Assembly: GCA_041640455.1 (NCBI GenBank)
Contig: JBEQAF010000049.1
Coordinates: forward strand, 1-15,787
Source of the DNA: a bacterium
Lineage (GTDB): Bacteria; CALINM01
Direction: 5' to 3'
DNA: 15,787 nt
Shown: one piece after another, positions 1 to 8,364 of the stretch
Layout: the number at the start of each line of letters is the position of its first letter
Position numbering within the stretch: the first letter of the stretch is position 1
Program-made: the position numbers and the translations under genes
The notes under the pieces: generated by a model
What the model saw: the letters and a program-made list of their open reading frames with translations, nothing else
Told to the model about the DNA's origin: nothing
The model's database searches: none

Positions 1-1854
1 ATTGAAAAATATATAAACCAGATAATACTGATTAAAAATTTCAGCTTTGAAAATCCAAAAAAGATATCCATAAAAGATTATCTTTACATTGATGAAAATG
101 GAATCAGGGATCTGGAAATATTTGAGCCTGTGATAAAGGATAAAAAATCAGTGACCCTGCTTTCGGTACTTGATAACACAAAAACATCCATGGGTGGTAG
201 AAAGCTGAGGGAGTTTATTACCTTTCCGCTTACAGAAAAAGAAGAAATAATCAAAAGACATAACCGAGTGGAGGAGTTTGTCAGAAATCCCCATATCATT
301 GAGCCACTCAGAGAGTCTTTAGGAAAACTAATTGATGTAGAAAGGATTATAGGAAGTATTCTGAATCTTAATCTGTCGCCACGCTATCTAATATCCTTAA
401 AAAAATCCCTTGAAGAGGTAAAAAATATCAAAAAAATTATATCAGAGATACCTTCCTTATCTGATGGAATTCAGCTAAGTGAGCTCCCGGAGCTTGTTAA
501 TATTATTGAAACCTCCATAATGCCAGATCCGCCTTTTCAGGTTAAGGATGGGAGTGTAATCAGAGAGGGGTACTCAAAGGAGCTGGACGAGCTAAGGGAG
601 ATTGTAAGGGGAAATACTAACTTTCTCTTTGAATATGAGAAGAGGGAACGGGTGAGAACGGGCATATCCTCCCTAAAGGTTGGATACAATAGAATTTTCG
701 GTTATTACATAGAGGTCACAAAGGCAAATATTAAAAATGTTCCGCTCGATTATCATAGAAAACAGACCCTTGTAAATGCGGAACGGTTTATTACAGAAGA
801 GCTCAAGGAGTTTGAGGAGAAGGTACTAAGCGCAAGTTCAAAGATAAAGGAGCTTGAAGAGTTTTTATACAAAGAGGTTCTATTTAAGGTTAAGGAGTTT
901 ACTGGAGAGCTTAAAAAGCTGGCAGAAGAGATAGCTCTACTTGATCTATTCTCATCATTTGCTCTCAATGCAATTAGGTATAACTATTGCAAGCCCGTGG
1001 TAGATTATTCGGATTATATTCTTATTAAAGAGGGTAGACACCCATTTGTAGAGCGTATGGTAAATAACTTCGTACCCAATGACCTTTATCTTAACAAAGA
1101 ATCCTTCAACATAATGCTTATTACGGGTCCCAACATGGCTGGCAAATCCACCTATATGAGACAGATTGCACTGATTGTTCTAATGTCTCAGATAGGCTCT
1201 TTTGTTCCGGCGGAAAGAGCAGAGCTGCCCATATTTACCAATATTTTTACGAGGATAGGAAGTTCAGACTTTTTAGCCTCTGGCAAAAGCACCTTTATGG
1301 TTGAGATGATAGAAACAGCAAGGATTCTCAGGGGGCTAAACGATAAGAGCCTGATAATCCTTGATGAGGTGGGCAGAGGAACAAGTACCTTTGACGGAAT
1401 GTCCATAGCTGAGGCGGTGCTGGAATACCTGTCCGAAAGAAAGGAGCGCCCATATGTGCTTTTTTCCACCCATTATCATGAGTTAACAGATCTTGCAGAA
1501 AGAAGAAAAAATATCAGAAATTTTACTATCAGAGCTACGGAATGGAAGGAAGATATAGTTTTTCTGCACAAGCTGGTAGAAGGAGTGGCAAACAAAAGCT
1601 ATGGTATCCATGTGGCAAAGCTTGCTGGACTGCCAGAAAAAGTGATTGGCAGGGCAAAGGATATTCTATACAGTCTTGAAAATGCCGACATTAGAGGGAT
1701 AAAAGGCAACATTTTTGAAGAAAGAAAACAGCTTTCCTTGTTTGATGAGCTTGAGAGAAGGCTCGTGGAAGAGATAAAAAGTATAAGACTGGAAGAGCTG
1801 ACTCCCTTACAAGCCTTTGATATATTAAGGAAACTAAAAGATATGATAGGTTAA
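1..1854 (+). CDS. mutS: DNA mismatch repair protein MutS (MutS1), 5'-truncated by the window edge
   Basis: Frame 1 is open from base 1 (IEKYINQ...LYIDENGIRDLEIFEP) into the 130..1854 ORF, so the GTG at 130 is not the real start. MutS motifs present: LDNTKTSMGGRKL, GYYIEVT, RKQTLVNAERF, EGRHP, Walker A ITGPNMAGKSTYMRQ, IFTRIG, STFMVEM, Walker B LIILDEVGRGTST, FSTHYHEL, SYGIHVAKLAGLP. The C-terminus carries QLSLF and TPLQAF. Confidence 0.98.
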   Translation: MEKYINQIILIKNFSFENPKKISIKDYLYIDENGIRDLEIFEPVIKDKKSVTLLSVLDNTKTSMGGRKLREFITFPLTEKEEIIKRHNRVEEFVRNPHIIEPLRESLGKLIDVERIIGSILNLNLSPRYLISLKKSLEEVKNIKKIISEIPSLSDGIQLSELPELVNIIETSIMPDPPFQVKDGSVIREGYSKELDELREIVRGNTNFLFEYEKRERVRTGISSLKVGYNRIFGYYIEVTKANIKNVPLDYHRKQTLVNAERFITEELKEFEEKVLSASSKIKELEEFLYKEVLFKVKEFTGELKKLAEEIALLDLFSSFALNAIRYNYCKPVVDYSDYILIKEGRHPFVERMVNNFVPNDLYLNKESFNIMLITGPNMAGKSTYMRQIALIVLMSQIGSFVPAERAELPIFTNIFTRIGSSDFLASGKSTFMVEMIETARILRGLNDKSLIILDEVGRGTSTFDGMSIAEAVLEYLSERKERPYVLFSTHYHELTDLAERRKNIRNFTIRATEWKEDIVFLHKLVEGVANKSYGIHVAKLAGLPEKVIGRAKDILYSLENADIRGIKGNIFEERKQLSLFDELERRLVEEIKSIRLEELTPLQAFDILRKLKDMIG

Positions 1855-1866
1855 CAAGAGGTATTT

Positions 1867-2622
1867 ATGTTGAAGAAACTGATAAGACTTATCCTTAACC
1901 AGAGGGTACCGGCAAGAGACAATGATTTTTTAAATATTCTCTATTCAAGAAAATCCTGCAGGAGTTTTTTAAAGAGGGAGGTGCCTCCCGAGATAATTGA
2001 AGAGATAATAGAGATAGGTGTCAGGACGCCATCTACCGTTAATCTGCAGACATGGAGCTTTTTCCCCTTTAATAGCCAGGAATGGGAGAAAAAGTTTGGC
2101 TCTCCCATCCCTTTTGGCGCGAGGGCAGCTATAATAATCTGTGCAGATCTTAAAAGGCTTGAACTGGTGGACAGGGTATTTAAAGATTATCCGCTTTTTT
2201 TCTATACCCTTGCTGTTATGAACGCCTCACTTGCGGCAATGAATATGACTATTGCCTGTGAGTCACTTGGATTAAAGTCTGTTATGCTATCTCAAACAGG
2301 CAGAACAGGTCTATGTGACATAGCATTTTTAAAGGAGAAATTATCTCTGCCTGATATGGTCTTTCCTATCACCACACTTGCATTTGGATATCCAAAGTCA
2401 GAGGTACTCTTTTCACCCCCAAAGCTGGATAAAAATACGGTCACTCACTATGGAGAGTATAAACTCAATGCCCATTCAGTAAATAAGTGGTTTGAAGATA
2501 TGGATTTTGTGTGTAAAATGGTAGATAAAGAGCATCTGACCGAGAAGTTTGATAAATATTTAAAACTGCTCCCTGAGGCAGAAAAGGAGCTAAATATTGC
2601 ACTTAAAGAGATTGGTAGTTAG
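1867..2622 (+). CDS. Nitroreductase family flavoprotein (NfsA/Frp-like FMN oxidoreductase)
   Basis: FMN-binding motif RKSCRSF, plus TPSTVNLQTWSF, ICADLKR, ASLAAMNMTIACESLGL, LPDMVFP..LAFGYP and a PKL...V.H..EY tail typical of the NfsA/Frp clade. SD-like AGAGGT at 1857-1862. Confidence 0.88.
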   Translation: MLKKLIRLILNQRVPARDNDFLNILYSRKSCRSFLKREVPPEIIEEIIEIGVRTPSTVNLQTWSFFPFNSQEWEKKFGSPIPFGARAAIIICADLKRLELVDRVFKDYPLFFYTLAVMNASLAAMNMTIACESLGLKSVMLSQTGRTGLCDIAFLKEKLSLPDMVFPITTLAFGYPKSEVLFSPPKLDKNTVTHYGEYKLNAHSVNKWFEDMDFVCKMVDKEHLTEKFDKYLKLLPEAEKELNIALKEIGS

Positions 2623-4189
2623 TATTCTCCTTTTAGCTTATTTATTTACTTTTACCGCTGCAAAACCAAAAAACAGCAAAAAAGCAAAACCATCACTTTT
2701 TGAAAAGATAAAGCAGGAATATCTCATATATAAAAACTCTAAAAACCAGCTGAAAGACAGTGTGCTGAAGGGATACATTCTTAAATTTGATAAGCTGGAA
2801 AACAGCAAAAATTACCATGAGGTTATCGGAAGCAAGTATTTTAAAGCTGATATATACGAGAAGCTTTATGAGATAACGGGATCTCAGGAATATCTGAAAG
2901 AGGCTTTAAGCCTTTACAGAGAGGTCAGTCAGCAGAAAAATACCAATCTATACCTTGCAGCGAAAAAAAAGCTTGAACTACTTGAACCGTCAAATAATGG
3001 GGATGATATAAAGTCTGTTTGGGAGGATGAAAGAAAGGAACAGCCGGTTATCGGTGTGGGCTCGGCGCTGAAAAATATCAGATACTGGTCTGATACCAGC
3101 TACACAAGGATTGTGCTGGAGCTTGACAGTGTTACAGTCTATGAACATAGGTATCTTAAAGAAGATCAGGAGAATAAAAAACCACCCAGAATTGTTATTG
3201 ATCTGAAAGGAATACATGCTGATAGAGAAAAGTTTGGTACACCAATAGTAATACAAGATAATCTGCTTGAGCAGATAAGGGTAGGGCAGTTTAAAGAAGA
3301 TACAGTTCGTATAGTTCTTGACTTAAAATCCATAACAAAATATAACCTCTTTAGTCTTGCCAACCCTTTCAGGGTTGTTGTTGATATTTATGGGACAGAA
3401 AAGGGTGAACACGGTAAAGGGCTTGCTCCGGAAGAGAAAAAGATTCAGGAACGTAAAGTTGAGACAAAAAATATTCTACACCAGGTAAGATCGATAGTCA
3501 TAGATACCGGACATGGAGACCATGACCCGGGCGCCATAGGGGTGGACGGGCTTAAGGAAAAGGATGTGGTGCTTGATATCGGATTAAGACTGGGACGAAT
3601 TATAAAAGAAAATTTTCCCGAGATAAATGTGATATATACCAGAGAGACTGATCGATATCTCCCTCTGGAGGAGAGAGCCGCCATTGCCAATGCTCGGAAG
3701 GCAGACCTTTTTATCTCCATCCATGCCAATGCGAGTAAAAATAAGTCTGCCAGCGGAGTAGAAACCTATTTTCTTAACTTTGCAAAGGAAAAGAGCGCAA
3801 TGGAGGTAGTTGCGAGGGAAAACGCCACCTCCATAGAAGGGGTAGATGAGATTCAGAACATACTGAAAGATCTGTTGATAAGTAGTAAGTATAATGAATC
3901 CAGTCTGTTTGCATCAGTTGTTCAGAAAAATCTGGTATCCAAACTAAGATCCCATTATGAAGATATAAACGATCTCGGAGTTAAGCAGGGTCCCTTTTAT
4001 GTGCTTCTTGGTACAGCCATGCCCAGCATTCTTGTAGAGGTGTCTTTTATTACTCACCCGATTGAGGGACGGAGACTGGCAACGGCATCTTACAGGGAGA
4101 AGATTGCGGAAGGAGTATTTGAGGGTGTTAAAGAGTACATTTCGAGGACAGCCATAGTTCAGTATAATGAAGATAAACATGTCAGATAA
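2597..4189 (+). CDS. amiC: N-acetylmuramoyl-L-alanine amidase (Amidase_3) with signal peptide, helical N-terminal region and AMIN domain(s); AmiC-like
   Basis: TTG start with AAGGAG at 2584-2589 (7-nt spacing) and a hydrophobic N-terminal signal (LVVSILLLAYLFTFTAA). AMIN-type segments: YTRIVLEL, PPRIVIDL, IRVGQF..DTVRIVLDL, PFRVVVDI. Zn-amidase motifs: IVIDTGHGDHDPGA, EKDVVL, TRETD, FISIHAN, PSILVEVSF. Confidence 0.92.
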   Translation: MHLKRLVVSILLLAYLFTFTAAKPKNSKKAKPSLFEKIKQEYLIYKNSKNQLKDSVLKGYILKFDKLENSKNYHEVIGSKYFKADIYEKLYEITGSQEYLKEALSLYREVSQQKNTNLYLAAKKKLELLEPSNNGDDIKSVWEDERKEQPVIGVGSALKNIRYWSDTSYTRIVLELDSVTVYEHRYLKEDQENKKPPRIVIDLKGIHADREKFGTPIVIQDNLLEQIRVGQFKEDTVRIVLDLKSITKYNLFSLANPFRVVVDIYGTEKGEHGKGLAPEEKKIQERKVETKNILHQVRSIVIDTGHGDHDPGAIGVDGLKEKDVVLDIGLRLGRIIKENFPEINVIYTRETDRYLPLEERAAIANARKADLFISIHANASKNKSASGVETYFLNFAKEKSAMEVVARENATSIEGVDEIQNILKDLLISSKYNESSLFASVVQKNLVSKLRSHYEDINDLGVKQGPFYVLLGTAMPSILVEVSFITHPIEGRRLATASYREKIAEGVFEGVKEYISRTAIVQYNEDKHVR

Positions 4190-6731
4190 AATAAAGAAGT
4201 TCTCTGAGCGGGAAAAAAGGGCTTTTTTAAGCCATAAAAACCCTCTCTCGGTTTTGAAAAACAGGACAAATTTCTTTGACAGACTGATTACCAGTATGAT
4301 TGAAGAGATTACGGGCTCTGCAGGATGGGAAAACTTCTTTATAGCTGCTGTAGGAGGTTATGGCAGAAAAGAGCTTTATCCCCAGTCTGACATAGATATG
4401 GTAATTATCAGTAGAAAAGCAGATGAAGGGCTTCTTAAGGAGATTTACGATAGATTGATTGTGCGGTTACTGGATGCAAAGATTGAGGTGGGTTATGCTT
4501 TCAGGGAGATTGATGAGCTACCGGAAGATCTGCAAAGAGATATTACCATAGTTACATCCTATCTTAATGCCAGATATCTGTGCGGTAACTACAGACTATA
4601 TGAGTACTGGTTGGAAAATACAATCTACCCATTTTTTAAAAAAATGCGAGTAAAATATTTTAATCTCAAGCTGGATGAGTATAACAAAAGACTTTTAAAG
4701 TATAATCAAACCCCTTATATTCTGGAACCCAATATAAAAGAAGGCATAGGAGGGCTCAGAGATTTTCATTATATGAACTGGCTGAGCAGGGTAACAATCG
4801 GTCAGGGTGATTTTAATGGTCTCTTTTATCTTAACATTATTGACGGTAGGGAGCTTAAGGAGCTTCAGAACGCCTACTCCTTTCTTTCGAGAGTAAGATG
4901 TTATATACATATGTTTCGATATATTAAAAAAGAGACACTTACCTTTGAACTTCAGGAAGAGGTGGCGCATTTTCTGAATTATAAGGACAGGGAAGATGCA
5001 TCCTCTGTGGAAGCCTTTATGCAGGATTTTTACCGTCATACCCACAATGTATATCTTATTTCCAGAAAAGTTTTTCACAGCCTTGATGTGTTTTTAAAAA
5101 AAGAAAGGTATCTGGTAAAAAAGGAGATAGATTCAGGAATATTTCTGGAAGGCTATCTCGGTGGAGAGATCAGTATAACTCCTCAGAGAACACAAAAAAA
5201 TGTAAGATCACTTTTTAAGGTTTTTCTTTATAGCAAAAACCTGCAAAAGCCTATCTCCTTTAAAACCTTGAATATTATTAAAAATCTTGCTCGCAGGTTT
5301 GTAATATTACAGTGGGATGAAGAGCTGAGAAACATTCTCTTTCAGCTTTTCACGCCTAAAAACAGTAATGATTTTAATGTAATAATGGATATGTACTATT
5401 CAGATTTTCTAAAAATTATATTTCCTGAGTTTGATAAGATTTATCACAAGATGCAGTTTGATGCCTATCATATATATACCATAGATATTCACTCCCTCTA
5501 TTCGGTTAAGAGTCTGCTTAGTTTCTATGAAGAGAACAGGGATGATATCAGAAGGAAAATAAGAAAACCACACATACTTCTTCTCTCCGCACTATTACAT
5601 GACATAGGGAAAGGTCTGGGTAAAGATCATGCAGAAAAAGGCGCTCTTATAGCAGAACAGATATGCAAAAGGCTTGAACTTAATGTGGAAGATACAGAAA
5701 TTATTGTTTTTCTTGTTAAAAAACATCTTTTACTTTCCAAGATAGCTCAACGCAGAGATATATCTGATTTTGCTTATCTGCGAAAGGTTTTTGAAGAAGA
5801 GATTAAAAGCAAAGAGATTTTTGAATATCTGTATTTTATAACTCTGGCAGACCTTATGTCTGTTGGAGAGGGTGTATTCAGTAAGTGGAAGGAGAGTCTG
5901 TTCAAGCGTCTGTATATAAACTTTGAAAAAATACTGGACACATGGAAGAAAGACTATGTTTACATTGAAGATTTTGGACGACAGAGAAGAAAGGAGCTTA
6001 TAAGCTTCCTCGAAGATAAAAACAAGCATATGCTAATCCCTTATGTAAAGCATCTTCCAGTTAATTACTTACTAACCAATGAGTTTCAGGTTATTGAGAA
6101 ACATCTTGAGATTGACAGGGAGTTTGATATATCAGGCAGGGAGTATGTGGTTAATATAAATCCTGATTTTAAAAATAAGGTTACAGAGATAATAATTGCA
6201 AGCAAAGATAGAAAAGGACTGTTTTATAAGCTTGCGGGGATTATAACCTATACAGGGTTTAATATTCTCAGCGCCAGTATAAACACAAGGGAGAACGGCT
6301 CGGTGCTTGATGTGTTTTATGTGGATCTGGGCAAACGGGAATATGAATTTGATGAATATCTTAACGAAAAGTTTATGGAAACCATTGATGAGGTGCTTGC
6401 GAGGGGGAAAGATATTGATGAAAAAATTATGAAGAAAATAAAGGGCTTTCACAAAAAAAACATTTTTAAAGAGAAAGACGAGATCTATTTTGATAACACA
6501 AGCTCAGAAGGTTTTACCATCATAGACGTATTTACAAAGGATCATATTGGACTGCTTTATGAGATTACCAAAAAGCTTTATCAGCTAAATCTGGATATAT
6601 ACTTCTCCAAAATTAACACACTCGGTGAGCGGGCAATAGATGTTTTTTACGTGAAAAGAAATGGCAGAAAGATAGTAGATGAGCAGGATCTTGAAGCTAT
6701 TAGAACTGCACTTTTAAAGGTTCTGGCTTAG
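4167..6731 (+). CDS. glnD: Bifunctional [protein-PII] uridylyltransferase / uridylyl-removing enzyme GlnD
   Basis: Nucleotidyltransferase motif AVGGYGRKELYPQSDID, EPNIKEGIGGLRDFH, HD domain (YHIYTIDIH ... LLHDIGKG ... DHAEKGA), HLLLSKIAQRRDI, and two C-terminal ACT domains (DRKGLF..LAG; DHIGLL..I ... ERAIDVFYV). The start could instead be the ATG at 4179; both overlap the amidase 3' end. Confidence 0.96.
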   Translation: MKINMSDKIKKFSEREKRAFLSHKNPLSVLKNRTNFFDRLITSMIEEITGSAGWENFFIAAVGGYGRKELYPQSDIDMVIISRKADEGLLKEIYDRLIVRLLDAKIEVGYAFREIDELPEDLQRDITIVTSYLNARYLCGNYRLYEYWLENTIYPFFKKMRVKYFNLKLDEYNKRLLKYNQTPYILEPNIKEGIGGLRDFHYMNWLSRVTIGQGDFNGLFYLNIIDGRELKELQNAYSFLSRVRCYIHMFRYIKKETLTFELQEEVAHFLNYKDREDASSVEAFMQDFYRHTHNVYLISRKVFHSLDVFLKKERYLVKKEIDSGIFLEGYLGGEISITPQRTQKNVRSLFKVFLYSKNLQKPISFKTLNIIKNLARRFVILQWDEELRNILFQLFTPKNSNDFNVIMDMYYSDFLKIIFPEFDKIYHKMQFDAYHIYTIDIHSLYSVKSLLSFYEENRDDIRRKIRKPHILLLSALLHDIGKGLGKDHAEKGALIAEQICKRLELNVEDTEIIVFLVKKHLLLSKIAQRRDISDFAYLRKVFEEEIKSKEIFEYLYFITLADLMSVGEGVFSKWKESLFKRLYINFEKILDTWKKDYVYIEDFGRQRRKELISFLEDKNKHMLIPYVKHLPVNYLLTNEFQVIEKHLEIDREFDISGREYVVNINPDFKNKVTEIIIASKDRKGLFYKLAGIITYTGFNILSASINTRENGSVLDVFYVDLGKREYEFDEYLNEKFMETIDEVLARGKDIDEKIMKKIKGFHKKNIFKEKDEIYFDNTSSEGFTIIDVFTKDHIGLLYEITKKLYQLNLDIYFSKINTLGERAIDVFYVKRNGRKIVDEQDLEAIRTALLKVLA

Positions 6732-6734
6732 TTT

Positions 6735-7418
6735 TTAGCCCTCTTTGTGAATATGTTTGTGTATGAACCTTTCTATAGCATCACGATAGATATAAAAGCC
6801 AAACATTATGAGCAAAACAAAAATTGCCAGAGAGATGAAGGATTTGTAATACTGGTTTCTGATAAGATTTCCTGCTATGGATAGCAGATAAGTGCTTACC
6901 AGTCTTCCGAAGGTGGAGATAATGACAAAAGCTCTCATTCGCATTTTGCTTAAGCCAAGAATGTAGCATAGATAGTCTTTGGGAAAACCTGGCATGAGAA
7001 AAAGCAGGGCAGATATGGTTGTCCCTCGGTGTGTCATCAGATAGTCAAACCTTTCAATATATTTCTGAGGCACAAATAAAATGACAAAGGGTCTTCCAAA
7101 AAATCTTGCAAGAGAAAAGGCTATAACTGAACCGAGAGTAAGCCCTATGGTTGAATAAAAAGTGCCCAGCACAATACCAAAAAGATATCCTCCGATAAAG
7201 CCCGTAATCTCCCCGGGTATGAAGGCAATAATAACCTGTAAAATCTGAAGCCCTATAAAAATAAAGACCGAAAGTGCCTTGTAATTGTTTATAAAGTTCA
7301 ATATCCGGTCTTTGCTGGAGAAGAATGTCCAGAGCTCATATTTAAAAGTGAGATAAGTGGATAGGAAAAAAATGATCAGTAAGCTTATAGCCTTAATGTA
7401 AACAATGGTTTTATTCAT
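6735..7418 (-). CDS. TVP38/TMEM64 (VTT domain, DedA superfamily, YdjX-like) inner-membrane protein
   Basis: Several hydrophobic helices. Family motifs LQVIIAFIPGEITGFIGGYLFG..LG...STIGLTLGS..AF.LAR.FG and FLMPGFPKDYLCYILGLSKM....F...STFGR. Confidence 0.88.
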   Translation of the reverse strand: MNKTIVYIKAISLLIIFFLSTYLTFKYELWTFFSSKDRILNFINNYKALSVFIFIGLQILQVIIAFIPGEITGFIGGYLFGIVLGTFYSTIGLTLGSVIAFSLARFFGRPFVILFVPQKYIERFDYLMTHRGTTISALLFLMPGFPKDYLCYILGLSKMRMRAFVIISTFGRLVSTYLLSIAGNLIRNQYYKSFISLAIFVLLIMFGFYIYRDAIERFIHKHIHKEG

Positions 7419-7435
7419 TAGACAGTTAAAATTAG

Positions 7436-7463
7436 ATTATATTCAAAAAAAAAGTCATTACAA
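7436..7463 (-). promoter_or_regulatory. Putative sigma70 promoter for the VTT/TVP38 gene (TTGTAA-N16-TATAAT)
   Basis: On the minus strand: -35-like TTGTAA (7463-7458), a 16-nt spacer containing a T9 run, and a perfect TATAAT (7441-7436) ending 17 nt upstream of the ATG at 7418. The AT-rich context raises the chance of a false positive. Confidence 0.55.
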
Positions 7464-7488
7464 GCTTTTTCTTTGTTTTTAAGGATAG

Positions 7489-8364
7489 TTGAAATATAAT
7501 TTTCTTGTGGAGAGGTACATTGAGGGTTTTCTGACACAGCTGAGGCTTGAAAAGGGGCTGGCAAAAAATACCATTGAATCCTATTTTTTTGACCTTAAAA
7601 AATTTTCTGAATTTTTTCAGCAGAGAGATATTAAGGAGCTCAGCTATGAAGATTACCTGAATTATTTTGAATCTCTGCACAACGAAAAAAAAGAGGTTAC
7701 AACCATAATAAGAAACATAATTTCGGTAAGAAGGTTTACAAAGTTTCTTCTCCAGATCGGTTATCTCGAAAAGGATCCGCTTTGCAATTTTGAGCTGCCA
7801 AAAATGAAAAGAAATCTCCCCCACTTTCTTTCAGAGGAGGAGGTAAAAAGGCTTATAGAACATATTGATCTGACTAAAAAAAGTGGCATCAGGGATAGGC
7901 TTATAGTGGAGTTTCTTTATGGCTCGGGGCTAAGGGTGTCGGAACTGACTAACATGAAGCTTAATCAGATTAACATAAATGCGGGGTTTGTCATTGTGCT
8001 CGGGAAGGGGAGTAAAGAGCGTGTAGTACCTATGGGAGAGGAGCTCATCTATTGGCTAAAAAAATATATTGAGGTTTTTGAACCTAAACTTTATCTGCTT
8101 CAGGGTAGAAATAAAAAACCCATCACAAGACAGTATGTATGGAAGATATTAAAAATGTTAGCCACTAATGCGGGTATTGACCATATTACGCCTCATACTC
8201 TGCGCCACAGCTTTGCCACTCATCTGCTCCAGAATGGTGCCGACCTGCACACAGTACAGCTACTTCTTGGTCATTCAGACATTTCAACCACAGAGATTTA
8301 TACACACATAACCATGGATAGGTTAAAGGATGTTTATTATCAGTATCATCCGAGGGCAAGATGA
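7489..8364 (+). CDS. xerD: Site-specific tyrosine recombinase XerD (XerC/D family)
   Basis: N-terminal core-binding domain (EKGLAKNTIESY..DL). Complete catalytic set: GLRVSEL (R), GKGSKER (K), TPHTLRHSFATHLL (HxxR), LLGHSDISTTEIYTH (H, Y), and C-terminal HPRA. 291 aa. The start is uncertain: TTG 7489 has AAGGA only 3 nt upstream, and GTG 7507 is an alternative. XerD rather than XerC is inferred from overall resemblance. Confidence 0.85.
   Translation: MKYNFLVERYIEGFLTQLRLEKGLAKNTIESYFFDLKKFSEFFQQRDIKELSYEDYLNYFESLHNEKKEVTTIIRNIISVRRFTKFLLQIGYLEKDPLCNFELPKMKRNLPHFLSEEEVKRLIEHIDLTKKSGIRDRLIVEFLYGSGLRVSELTNMKLNQININAGFVIVLGKGSKERVVPMGEELIYWLKKYIEVFEPKLYLLQGRNKKPITRQYVWKILKMLATNAGIDHITPHTLRHSFATHLLQNGADLHTVQLLLGHSDISTTEIYTHITMDRLKDVYYQYHPRAR

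Noticed and set aside
130..132. GTG at 130 as the MutS start
   Set aside because: The frame is open from base 1 and the N-terminal mismatch-binding and connector domains are absent, so the gene starts upstream of the window. It is not a truncated pseudogene.
7489..8364. Tyrosine recombinase as a prophage or genomic-island integrase
   Set aside because: Size and motifs match chromosomal XerC/D, it is coupled to a housekeeping gene, and I see no att repeats, tRNA target or phage/plasmid genes. No dif-like site was recognised either.
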